From positions 1 to 48,594 of the forward strand of contig JBJXGF010000326.1 in assembly GCA_046153015.1 (NCBI GenBank): DNA of 48,594 bases, in the 5' to 3' direction. The notes beneath the pieces were generated by a model. It did not search any database. It was not told where the DNA came from and saw only the letters and a list, made by a program, of their open reading frames with translations. Every line of letters starts with the position of its first letter. Within the stretch, counting starts at the first letter, position 1. Both the position numbers and the translations under genes were made by a program. Positions 38,700 to 47,500 of the stretch are shown piece after piece. The stretch comes from Acidimicrobiales bacterium. Its GTDB lineage: Bacteria > Actinomycetota > Acidimicrobiia > Acidimicrobiales > CAIXPF01.

Positions 38700-38872
38700 G
38701 GTGTCGGAGGGGGGGACTTGAACCCGCCCCAGGCCAGTAGCGGCAAGCGGCAGGGACCGGCAGCTACCGGCGTTGAACTGCACATTTCCGGTGGCCGTGG
38801 TCGCTGGTTGCCGCTTGTTGCCGCTCGATTCCGTTGCCTGCCATTAGCAAATCCATTAGCAACCGACACACC
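38700..38872. repeat. full-length copy 3 of the ~170-nt repeat family
   Basis: GGTGTCGGAGGGGGGGACTTGAACCCGCCCC...GGCAGCTACCGGCGTTGAACTGCAC...TTGCCGCTTGTTGCCGCT...CCATTAGCAAATCCATTAGCAACCGACACACC. Confidence 0.8.
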
Positions 38873-39230
38873 TCACACCTCACGCCGCCCGGCGGCCGGC
38901 GGCCTTGCCGAAGGTACCGGATCTGCAGGGTGCCGCCGTTCCGCGCCTCGCCTTGGCCCGGTGTCGCCGCGGACCCCTGGACCAGGGGCTGTTCCGAGCC
39001 GGCGGGTTCAGGGTGGGCCGCCAGCGATGATGTGAGGCTGACGTACAATGCTCCGGCTGCTGGAGAGCGTGAGACCCACCTCGTTGAGCCCCATGGGGAG
39101 CACACGCGACGCGGTACAAATGCGGCTCGTTCGAGAACCTGTTCTGAGTCGGGGTTATGTGTTGGCCATGGCCGTCTCGGACATAATAGGTTCCTCTGGG
39201 AACGTGTTGCGCTCCGACGGGACGGGATTG

Positions 39231-39944
39231 ATGGCCGACTACAGCGTAAAGGAGGCGGCTGCGGCGCTGGGGGTCTCGGTGCAGCATGTTCGGCGCCTCA
39301 TCCGTTCCGGTCTGCTGCCGGCAAGGCTGATCGGTGACGTATGGGTGCTGCCCGCAGATGCGGTACGGGAACGGTCTTCAATCGCTCCGCCGGCCGGGCG
39401 GCCCTTGTCGGCGGAGACCGCATGGCGGCTCCTGCAGCTTGTTGACGTCACGCTCGTCCGATCCGCGGTCCTTACAGGTGAAGTGCCCACGGCGCTGGAC
39501 GAGTTGGCTGGCTCCCGTCACCAGAGGAGGCGTCTCCTCGACCATCTCGCCCACGCCCCCGATGTGGGTCAGTGGCACCTGTGGCTACGGCGACGCGCCG
39601 ACAGGAAGCTCTGGTGGGTTCATCCCGCTGCGATCGCCAAGCTGGACGCAGACGAGCGCGTGCAGCACATACACCCCCCGGCCGTCGTTTGGCCCGACGG
39701 GGACTCGCGCTACGTTTCCGCTGCCGATGAAGAACATCTCGCCGCCACGTTCGCGGCGAAGCCCGCCAGCGATGGAAATGTGGCGCTACTCGTCTTCGAT
39801 CCCGACGTTGCACCAGGACGCATCCCCGCTGCTGCCGCCGTGGTAGACCTGCTGAACTCCCCCGAGGCGCGGCAACGATACGCCGCCGGCGAGGCGCTCG
39901 GCGGTGCGCATCGCAGGCTGCTCGCCGAGTTCAAGCGACCGTGA
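39231..39944 (+). CDS. excisionase/MerR-type HTH protein with an uncharacterised C-terminal domain
   Basis: MADYSVKEAAAALGVSVQHVRRLIRSGLLPARLIGDVWVLPADAV is an HTH_17-type motif. About 237 aa from ATG 39231 (ORF 39048..39944). It lies 27 nt upstream of the NTase gene. Confidence 0.65.
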   Translation: MADYSVKEAAAALGVSVQHVRRLIRSGLLPARLIGDVWVLPADAVRERSSIAPPAGRPLSAETAWRLLQLVDVTLVRSAVLTGEVPTALDELAGSRHQRRRLLDHLAHAPDVGQWHLWLRRRADRKLWWVHPAAIAKLDADERVQHIHPPAVVWPDGDSRYVSAADEEHLAATFAAKPASDGNVALLVFDPDVAPGRIPAAAAVVDLLNSPEARQRYAAGEALGGAHRRLLAEFKRP

Positions 39945-39971
39945 GATCGATCGGCAGCAGCGGGCGAGAAG

Positions 39972-40723
39972 ATGATAGAGCTGTCTGATCTGACCCCGGC
40001 GGCGGGTGAGGGATGGGCCTTGCTTTTCGAGTTGGCGGAGGAGGACGACCAGTCGTGGGTCCTGATCGGCAGCCAAATGATGCACCTTCTCGCGGTCGAG
40101 CTCAACGCGGCGTTCATCCGTCCCACCGACGATGTGGATGTGGTAGTGAACGTGCGCACCCGCCGATCGGGCACGGAATGGTTGAGCGGCTGGCTGCTGG
40201 CACGTGGCTTCGAGTCCGCCGGTATCAACGCGGACAACATCGGACATCGCTTCACCCGGGCGGTGTCCTCTGCTCCAGGAACGGTGGTCTTCGACGTGCT
40301 AGCGCCAGAGGGGCTGGGCAACCGGGCGAGGATCTATACGCTTCGCCCGGCCCGCACCGTGCAGGTGCCGGGCAGTGTGCAGGCCTTGCAGCGCAGCGAG
40401 TTGGTCGCGGTGAGCGCCACGGACATAGCGGGTGGCCGGACTGAGGGCCGCGTCCGCCGCCCCTCGCCACTGGGCGCACTATCGGAAAGGCAGCCGCGAC
40501 CCGCATTGTCGGCCGCGACAACGGCGAGCGCGATTGGCAAGACGCAGCACTGCTGCTTTCTGCCATCGACCCATTCGCCGTCGATGACCTGACGAAGAAG
40601 GACCGCCAGCGGTTGTCGTTCCTCAAACCGTTGGGCGACGAGGCACACCCAGCCTGGCGTCCCTTCGACAACGCTGCGCAGCGCACCGGTAGCGCAGCCC
40701 TCCAACTGCTGCTGCGCAGCTGA
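39972..40723 (+). pseudogene. nucleotidyltransferase-fold protein (AbiEii/MNT-like), apparent frameshift at ~40445-40480
   Basis: The minimal NTase signature is LIGSQMMHLLAVELNAAFIRPTDDVDVVV (GS..DxD). After ..VRRPSPLGAL the listed frame turns to nonsense. The frame ending at TGA 40721-40723 reads IGKAAATRIVGRDNGERDWQDAALLLSAIDPFAVDDLTKKDRQRLSFL.., and is open only from 40445. Confidence 0.55.
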
Positions 40724-41087
40724 CCTGAGCCGACCTGCGGTAGCGCCGATCGAGCGCCAACCAGACCGTCATCGACGGCGGCCGCATGCCAGTCTGGAGG
40801 TTCGCCCCGCTTTACCGGTCTCGTCGAGCAATCCGGGGTCCCATCAAGCTGGCGAGCGACATCCGCCAGCGCTCGCTCCAAAATGCGGAACGGGATTCGG
40901 CTCTGGGCTCCACAAAGACTGGACCACCGGCTTGGCCGATTCGTAAACTTCGACTGCGTCCAAACCATGTTCAGCACCAATCACGAGCGGGCGTGGGTGA
41001 GATCTAACCACACCCAGTAGTCGCCCCTGGGCAACGGCCTGGCGCCCCGCCCCAGCCACCAACGATTGCAAGCCGCTGCCGCTGTCC

Positions 41088-41204
41088 TCAGTCAGCACTC
41101 CGAAAAGCACAACGTGGACCTACCGGCGAACGAACAAGCCAAACTGCCTGCCGTTTGAACTCAAGATCGAACCGCGATCGTCGCCCATAAGAAGTTCCTC
41201 TCAT
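41088..41204 (-). mobile_element. IS3-family OrfA (HTH_Tnp_1) N-terminal remnant
   Basis: MRGTSYGRRSRFDLEFKRQAVWLVRS resembles the ..RR.FS.EFK..AV.LV.. start of IS3 OrfA. There is no intact continuation. Confidence 0.4.
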
Positions 41205-41272
41205 CCCATCCTGAAGGAACTCCAGGATGGGATGAGGTTCAGACTGATCCGCGCCGCCGCTTCCTGGCACCT

Positions 41273-44200
41273 TCAGCGCAGACGCAGCTGGCCTCGACCG
41301 TCCCGAAGGACCTGGCCGCCGTTGATGAGGTCGTGCACATGCCGCTCAAATGCCGCGTCGATATCCGCGCCTACGCGGCGCCAACCAAACAACCTGGCCC
41401 ACTCCATGCGCAGCTCTTCGGGTATGGCGCCACCAGCGTCGTGCAGTTTGTAGAGCAGTGCTAGTCGCAGTTCCTCTGGCGGGACGTGCCCCACGGCTCT
41501 GACCGAATGCTCCTCGTTTGGGATACGCACGGCCGTCTGCGAGCCTGGGACACGGAAGAACTGGCCGTCGGTCTCAACTTCTTGACGGCTGACGGCCTGT
41601 TGGGCCGCCGCGTCGAATGCAGCCTGGATCCTGGACCCCGCACGCTTAATGTTCCAGGCGGACCGTACCGCATCCAGTACTGCGGAGTGGTGGAGCGGAC
41701 CGAACTCGCGCACAACTTCAACAAGCATTGCTCGAACGACCCCCCGAGCGGCTGGATCCACGAAATCGAGTGCTGGCGGCGTGGTGCGCACGGTCGGCGG
41801 AACGAAGAATTCGGCCCACTCCGGACGGGCATCGAAGTCGTTTCGTTCTGTTACGACCATTACCGGGGGGCGCCGTTCCTCCGCCTCCGGCTGTCCCCGC
41901 CGGCTTGGTGCGGTGCTCAATGCAGCCTTGACCGCGTCACGGATGCGTTGCAGTTCCCGTTCCCGATCGCTGAGCCACGCTGTGCTCCAGATTCGATGGA
42001 TGTGCCACCCCAGACCCTCGAGAACCTCCTGGCGCAGACGATCACGGTCGCGGGCGACTTTGGAGGAATGGTAGGTGTAGCCGTCGCATTCGACGCCGAG
42101 CACGAAGGAACCCGGCAACGTCGGGTGCTTGATCCCGATGTCTATTCGGTAGCCGGCCACGCCCACCTGCGGGACGGCCTCAAGCCCGAGCCGACGGATC
42201 GCCGCGCCGACATCCTCCTCGAACGGGCTGTCCGGGCCAAGCGAACTGCCGGTCACGTCGAGCGCGAGTGCAGCAGGTCCTCGTTCAGCGAAGTCGAGAT
42301 ATCGGGCCAGGTGGCGCAGCGACGGGGTCTCCGACGTGATCTGCCCGGCCACGACCGAACTGACAACCTCAAGGCGGTGACGCGCTCTGGTTACTGCCAC
42401 GTTGAGGCGGCGCTCTCCCCCTTGGCGGTTCATGGGTCCGAAATTCATCGTCAACTTGCCGTGCTCATCCGGCCCGTACCCGACCGACAAAATGATGATA
42501 TCCCGCTCGTCCCCTTGGACGTTCTCTAGGTTCTTGACAAAGAACCCTGACAGCCGGTCGGCGTCCTCAAGTTCACGTAGTTCCGGCTCGCGCTCGCTCC
42601 GACGTTCGATCTCGGTTTCGATACAGATTTGCTGGGCGCTGGACAGTGCGACGACACCAATACTCAAGCCGGGGTGGTTGCGGCGATGGAAAAGGACCCG
42701 GTCAACTACCTCCGCCGCCTCTATAGGGTTGTCGCGACTGGTCCCCCGCCGGTAGTGGCCGTTGACCTTGAACAGCTCGACCCCGAGATCCGGGGCTGTA
42801 TGGATCGCTCCGGGGAACGTGTGGAGCCGTCCTTCATAAAAGGAGTGGTTGGAGAACGCGATGAGGTTCTCGTGACGGCTGCGGTAATGCCAGCTCAGAG
42901 GAAGGGTAGGCAACCCCTGGGCCCGGCAACGGTCGAGGACAGACTCGAAATCAAGGAGCTCCTCCCCCTCGGCTTCCCAATCGTCCTCCCCGACGGTCCG
43001 AGCGAAGAAGTCGGTAGGAGGCAGCTGCTTGGGGTCTCCTGCGACGATGAGCTGGTTACCGCGATAGATGGCGCATATTGCGTCCGCTTCTCGGACCTGG
43101 GATGCCTCGTCGAATATGACAACATCAAACCGAAGCGACGGTGGAAGGAACTGGGAGACCGATAGCGGGCTCATCATGAAGCACGGCATCAACCGCTGCG
43201 CGGCCTCCCCCGCTTCGCTCAGAAGCCGACGTACGGGCTTGTGGCGCACTTTGAGCTGCGCTTGCTGGCGGATGACACCCGCCCCGCCGGCCAGCGAGCG
43301 AGGGCGGAGCTGGGCGCAGGCGTTGATCACCTTCGATGCCGCATCAGCGATGAGCTCCCGGTCAAGTGCCTGGAAATCCGCTACGAGCGCATCTCGGTCT
43401 GTTGAGCGGGTCGGCTGGAGTCGGCTGTCGACGGACATCGTGTCGTCCAGCCATCGGGTCAGGGCGGCGCGCTCGATGGTGTCAGCGATGTCCGTGGCCG
43501 CAGCCCGGCTGTGCTCGAGAGTCGAAACAACGGGCTCCCACCCGCTCTCGCACAACCACGACCTGGCTTGTGCGTAGCTGTGCCATTCCTCGATGTCGTT
43601 GACCGTCGAGCTGAGCGCAGCGAGGAGTTCCACGCCGCCCTCGAACGTTTCCATATCGGCGGCGAGCGTGGCGGCATAGGCCGGGTCGAACTCGCCCATC
43701 AGTGCGGCTACCGCCTTGTCGAACATTGCCTTGGCACCGCGCAACGCGGCCGCGTCGAGCGAGGCGCCGAGAATTGCTGCTGCCGTGCGGGGCGGGACCG
43801 CGCCCCGAAGGCACTCCCGCATCTCAGCCACCCACGCCGCGGCGCTTCTAAGAAGATCGGGGTGTGGATCGACCGCGAGAGGCCCCAAGATCGGCTGCAA
43901 GTGGGCGAGGTCTTCACGCACTAGAGGGTCCAACCGATCGAGTTCCCGCCGGGCGTGTGCTATCTGTCGCGCATCCGCTATCAGGAGTGGTTTGGCCGCT
44001 GCGGTGTCCAGAACTCGGACAACTTGGGCGACATGGTGCGCCGTCGTGGCCAGTGACCCGCACCAGCTCGCAACCTCGCTCAGTGGGCGCCGAAACACCA
44101 CCGCGGCGTGTGCGCCCAGCGTCGAGCTCAGCCGGCCCGTGGCCAGCGCCGTCGCCGCGGCGCGCGCTGCCGCCACCGCCGCGGGGAACCGGGGATCAGG

Positions 44201-46768
44201 GTCCGACCCGACTGCGAGTTGCCGGGCGAGCGCGGGTGAATCCACAAGGCCAGCGGCCAGTTCAAGCGCCTTGTCTGCGAGGCTCAGCGCCCGCTCGAGC
44301 GTGGCGAAGTCGGCGGCATCGCGCGAAGGGTAGTAACGGGCGCCGACCTGGGGGCCGTGGACGCGCTCAGCCTGGGTGATGCGCTGGCGTTCGTCCTGCC
44401 ACTCGATCGCTTCAGCCAGCCGATCGAGCATGTCGCTCGTCACCTTCCCGGTAACGGAGACGCCAGCCAGACTCTTCTTGTCGTGTCGATATTCGGCCTT
44501 CAGCTTTCCGGGTCCGCGATGCACGGTATCGAAACGAGCCTTGAGCGCGCGAAGATCGAGATCGAGCACGGCGGGGCTGAACGTTGTTTGCATCGACACC
44601 GAACGGGCCCGATATCTCTCCAGGAGCTCACGAAGGACCTGGCGCGCCTCATCGAGCGCCGGGCGCGCAGTGGGGTTTAGCCACCAAGGCTCCGGGGGAG
44701 TTGGCGAACCAGCAAGGCTCGCCAACTCCACGAGGCGCAAGGTCGACTCCGCTGACACCTCGACGCCCGCCACACCGAACGCTTCAGCCAGGATGGACGA
44801 TGCGCCCTGGAGTTGTGCGACCCACTGGCCGGCCTCGTCGAGTTGTTGGGCGAGGTCGTCCAGGGCCGAGGCGTGCCATTGGTCAAGCGGGCCGAGCATC
44901 GAATCGGCCTGCTGCACGGCGGCCTCAGCGCCATCCATGGCGTCCGCGATCAGCGGGTGAACGTCGCGCCAGCCCGGCGCCTTGGTTTCGAGCAACTCTA
45001 CGGTGCGCTGATGGTCCACGATGTTTTGTGTCAAGTTTCGTAAAGGCGCAACAAAAGGCGCAAGATCCGGCGCCGTGAGCCAGTCTTGGCCGATCTGCGG
45101 CCGACGTTCGATCAACTCCAACACTGCAAGATATGACGAGACCTGGGATGAGCTCGAGCAGCGGGCGATCACGAGCTCTTGAGCGAGGTTGTCCAATTCG
45201 GCTCGGAGCGTGTCAAGAGCGGCACTGCAGCTGTTCACCCGCCGCCGCAACTCGGCCTGCCGTGACATGCCGCCCGCGGGGTCGCGCAGGTCGCGCCACA
45301 GGAAGTCTTCCCTCCGCGCGATGGGGCCCCAGGCGCGACCGAGGCGCTCTGCGGCGTCCCGGAGCGTGGCAAAGCCCACTGGGCTCAGGTCCTCAGCGGC
45401 GACGCGGGAGATCGGCACATCGGGCAGGTTCCGTAGCTGCGAGATCCGCCCCGCAACATCGTGTATGGATCGCTGAAGAGGCTGGCGAACCTCATTGACG
45501 GCGACCGCGTAGTTGGTGAGCATCTGGCGCTCGCTCGTAAGGCGCGCCCGGCGGCCCGGATCGAAGGTCGACGTTGCGGAGAGTTGCTCCTCGAGTGCCT
45601 TCCCCAGCGCCGTGGCGACAGCCTTGCGGCTGGCGTTGTGCGAGTGCAGCTCCAGGACAAACGGGTCGAGGTGGGCCGCTGCGAGCCGGTTCCGAACGAC
45701 ATCCAGCGCCGCCGCCTTTTCAGAAACGAAAAGCACCGTCTTCCCGTCGGCCATGAGCTGGGCCAAGAAATTGGCGATCGTCTGGGACTTGCCGGTACCT
45801 GGCGGCCCGTCCATCACGAAGCTTCGGCCCTCGCGCGCCGCGAGCAGACACTGCCGTTGAGTTACATCCGCGTCCAGCACCGCGGCCAGCTCCTCGGGCG
45901 GGTGACGCTCGTCCAGCTCCTCCTCGCCGAGCGGCGCGAAATCGAGGTCTTGAGCCATAGCGCTCGTCGGGCCCTCCGCCAGCAGCCGGACCAGCGGGTG
46001 CGCCCCTATCAACTCGGCGTTCTCCTTCAAATCCTGGTAGATCGCCATCTTGTGAAACGTAAAGGTCCGCAGCACTGCAGAATCCCCAACTGTCCACCCG
46101 CTGGCTGCGACCTCGCGCCGGACGAGGGCAAGTACCTCGTTCACGGTCGCGTCGCCGGCCTCGTCCAAGTCGGGAAGCATCAGTCCGAAGTCGCGTTCCA
46201 ACTTGATCTTCAACGCAGGGTTGAGGTATGCCTCAGCCTCATCGGTTTTGGTGAGCCGCCACCGACCAGACTCCATTTCAAGTTCTACCGGCACCAGTAG
46301 CAATGGGCTACGCGCCGGCTTGTCGTCGACATCAATCCAGTTCAGGTGGCCAAGGCCGAGAAACAGAACCCACAGACCGGTGTCCAGGAACTCCTGCCGG
46401 GCCGTTTTGCTCAGCAACTTGAGGCTTCGCTCGATTTGCACCCCGGTGCGGTCGTCGAAAGCCACAACCAACTCGTCCCGGCCGGGCCGATGAACCGGGG
46501 CCGCGCCGGTTCGGGGACTCGGTGGTTCCGGGGGAAGGAAGAACCGCCATCCACGGGACCGGCCGGTGAGGCCTTCCTCAACCTCGACTGCTGGCTGCTT
46601 GAACTCCAGGGATGAGGATCTGGTGTGGGAGAAGTACAACAACTTGTTGCGGCGGCTGAGATCAACCAGGTCTGCAGCCCATCGATCAAGGTGATCTGCC
46701 ACGACACCACTGGCGTGGCTCCCAGGCGTCCCTACAGTCATACGAGCCTTCTCCACCACGTCGCACAT
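41273..46768 (-). CDS. 1831-aa SF1 (Upf1/AAA_11-AAA_12-like) helicase fused to a Vsr/DUF559-like endonuclease and a DUF3320-like tail, with a DUF4011-like N-terminus
   Basis: Walker A MDGPPGTGKS (45785-45808, aa 321-328). Motif II VVIFDEASQV (DEASQ at 43097-43111, aa ~1220). IVAGDPKQLPPT, SWHYRSRHENLI, GGERRLNVAVTRAR. Nuclease block GYRIDIGI..VLGVECDGYTYHSS..RDRDRLRQEVLEGLGWHIHRIW (aa ~1560, nt ~42060-42120). N-terminal DLSRRNKLLYF. Confidence 0.9.
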   Translation of the reverse strand: MCDVVEKARMTVGTPGSHASGVVADHLDRWAADLVDLSRRNKLLYFSHTRSSSLEFKQPAVEVEEGLTGRSRGWRFFLPPEPPSPRTGAAPVHRPGRDELVVAFDDRTGVQIERSLKLLSKTARQEFLDTGLWVLFLGLGHLNWIDVDDKPARSPLLLVPVELEMESGRWRLTKTDEAEAYLNPALKIKLERDFGLMLPDLDEAGDATVNEVLALVRREVAASGWTVGDSAVLRTFTFHKMAIYQDLKENAELIGAHPLVRLLAEGPTSAMAQDLDFAPLGEEELDERHPPEELAAVLDADVTQRQCLLAAREGRSFVMDGPPGTGKSQTIANFLAQLMADGKTVLFVSEKAAALDVVRNRLAAAHLDPFVLELHSHNASRKAVATALGKALEEQLSATSTFDPGRRARLTSERQMLTNYAVAVNEVRQPLQRSIHDVAGRISQLRNLPDVPISRVAAEDLSPVGFATLRDAAERLGRAWGPIARREDFLWRDLRDPAGGMSRQAELRRRVNSCSAALDTLRAELDNLAQELVIARCSSSSQVSSYLAVLELIERRPQIGQDWLTAPDLAPFVAPLRNLTQNIVDHQRTVELLETKAPGWRDVHPLIADAMDGAEAAVQQADSMLGPLDQWHASALDDLAQQLDEAGQWVAQLQGASSILAEAFGVAGVEVSAESTLRLVELASLAGSPTPPEPWWLNPTARPALDEARQVLRELLERYRARSVSMQTTFSPAVLDLDLRALKARFDTVHRGPGKLKAEYRHDKKSLAGVSVTGKVTSDMLDRLAEAIEWQDERQRITQAERVHGPQVGARYYPSRDAADFATLERALSLADKALELAAGLVDSPALARQLAVGSDPDPRFPAAVAAARAAATALATGRLSSTLGAHAAVVFRRPLSEVASWCGSLATTAHHVAQVVRVLDTAAAKPLLIADARQIAHARRELDRLDPLVREDLAHLQPILGPLAVDPHPDLLRSAAAWVAEMRECLRGAVPPRTAAAILGASLDAAALRGAKAMFDKAVAALMGEFDPAYAATLAADMETFEGGVELLAALSSTVNDIEEWHSYAQARSWLCESGWEPVVSTLEHSRAAATDIADTIERAALTRWLDDTMSVDSRLQPTRSTDRDALVADFQALDRELIADAASKVINACAQLRPRSLAGGAGVIRQQAQLKVRHKPVRRLLSEAGEAAQRLMPCFMMSPLSVSQFLPPSLRFDVVIFDEASQVREADAICAIYRGNQLIVAGDPKQLPPTDFFARTVGEDDWEAEGEELLDFESVLDRCRAQGLPTLPLSWHYRSRHENLIAFSNHSFYEGRLHTFPGAIHTAPDLGVELFKVNGHYRRGTSRDNPIEAAEVVDRVLFHRRNHPGLSIGVVALSSAQQICIETEIERRSEREPELRELEDADRLSGFFVKNLENVQGDERDIIILSVGYGPDEHGKLTMNFGPMNRQGGERRLNVAVTRARHRLEVVSSVVAGQITSETPSLRHLARYLDFAERGPAALALDVTGSSLGPDSPFEEDVGAAIRRLGLEAVPQVGVAGYRIDIGIKHPTLPGSFVLGVECDGYTYHSSKVARDRDRLRQEVLEGLGWHIHRIWSTAWLSDRERELQRIRDAVKAALSTAPSRRGQPEAEERRPPVMVVTERNDFDARPEWAEFFVPPTVRTTPPALDFVDPAARGVVRAMLVEVVREFGPLHHSAVLDAVRSAWNIKRAGSRIQAAFDAAAQQAVSRQEVETDGQFFRVPGSQTAVRIPNEEHSVRAVGHVPPEELRLALLYKLHDAGGAIPEELRMEWARLFGWRRVGADIDAAFERHVHDLINGGQVLRDGRGQLRLR

Positions 46769-47164
46769 CTCGGAGCAGGCGACCGGCGAGTCGGACCGTT
46801 GCCTGGGTTGCAGCTAAACCGGTGGCGAGGCTACCGGCTGGGCGGTGAGGATGGACCCAGCCGCCCACTTCGACGCTCCCAGGCGGTCACACCCCGCCCC
46901 GATGTGCAGTACCTGAGCCAGCGAAGTGAGACAGATCGGCGCTAGTTCTGCAATCTGGTGGAATCTAAGATAAGCGACGGTTACCATCAGGCGAACTTTT
47001 TCCGACATTGCCGCGCGGACGGGCTTCAAAGACCTGCGCTGTCGGCACCGGCCGGTGGTGCTAGCGCTGTCGGACAGGTCGACTGCGGTCGTGGAACCGC
47101 GGACGATATGACCGACGATTCGATCCCCGAGCCGTCGCACCATCACCTCCGTTGGAGGAACACC

Positions 47165-47500
47165 ATGCGCCGTCAACTTCTCGCCGCTGCAACCGCTGTT
47201 GCGTCGACCGTGGTGCCCACTACCACCGCAAATGACGTCTGCGGGCAGCGGCACCAACCGCCAGGAGACCGAGGTTTCGTCCTTATGCGAAATTGTCACC
47301 GCCTATCCAACCGGGCGCCGCCGGTTCTTTGACCCTGAGGCGTCAGGGGTACCAACCTCACCGCGACAGCCGTCACGGCCAACCCCGGGTGGCGCTTCAG
47401 CATCGAGCGGGCCACCGGCCTCAACCCCGAGGTGGAGTTCCGCAACGGCACCTCACGTGTCACCTTCCAGGCCCAGTCGAAGACGGCAGGGTCATCGCCG
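47165..47500 (+). pseudogene. secreted-protein gene remnant (signal peptide intact, body frameshifted)
   Basis: GGAGGAA, then ATG 47165 encoding MRRQLLAAATAVASTVVPTTTA (signal-like). Protein-like continuations sit in two other frames (EVSSLCEIVTAYPTGRRRFFDPEA, then GTNLTATAVTANPGWRFSIERATGLNPEVEFRNGTSRVTFQAQ). Confidence 0.4.

Noticed and set aside
21348-38869. ORFs crossing the repeat copies that share peptides (NAGSCRSLPL.., GVSVANGFANG..): 21348..21563, 24257..24439, 37989..38783, 38501..38869
   Set aside because: The shared peptides simply reflect the nucleotide repeat. Differences between copies are mostly non-synonymous or break the frame, and copy 1 has a stop where copy 3 reads through. 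There are no start or RBS signals.
38700-38872. Calling the repeat a tRNA or tmRNA gene
   Set aside because: Only a T-loop and acceptor-like 3' end is present. The T-stem has mismatches, there is no D or anticodon arm, and the length of ~170 nt fits neither class. There is no tag-peptide reading frame or pseudoknot layout as in tmRNA.
46814-47299. 161-aa ORF (and its 64-aa sub-ORF) upstream of the helicase gene
   Set aside because: It has no RBS and no recognisable motif. It overlaps the + strand signal-peptide gene remnant and the AT-richer putative promoter.
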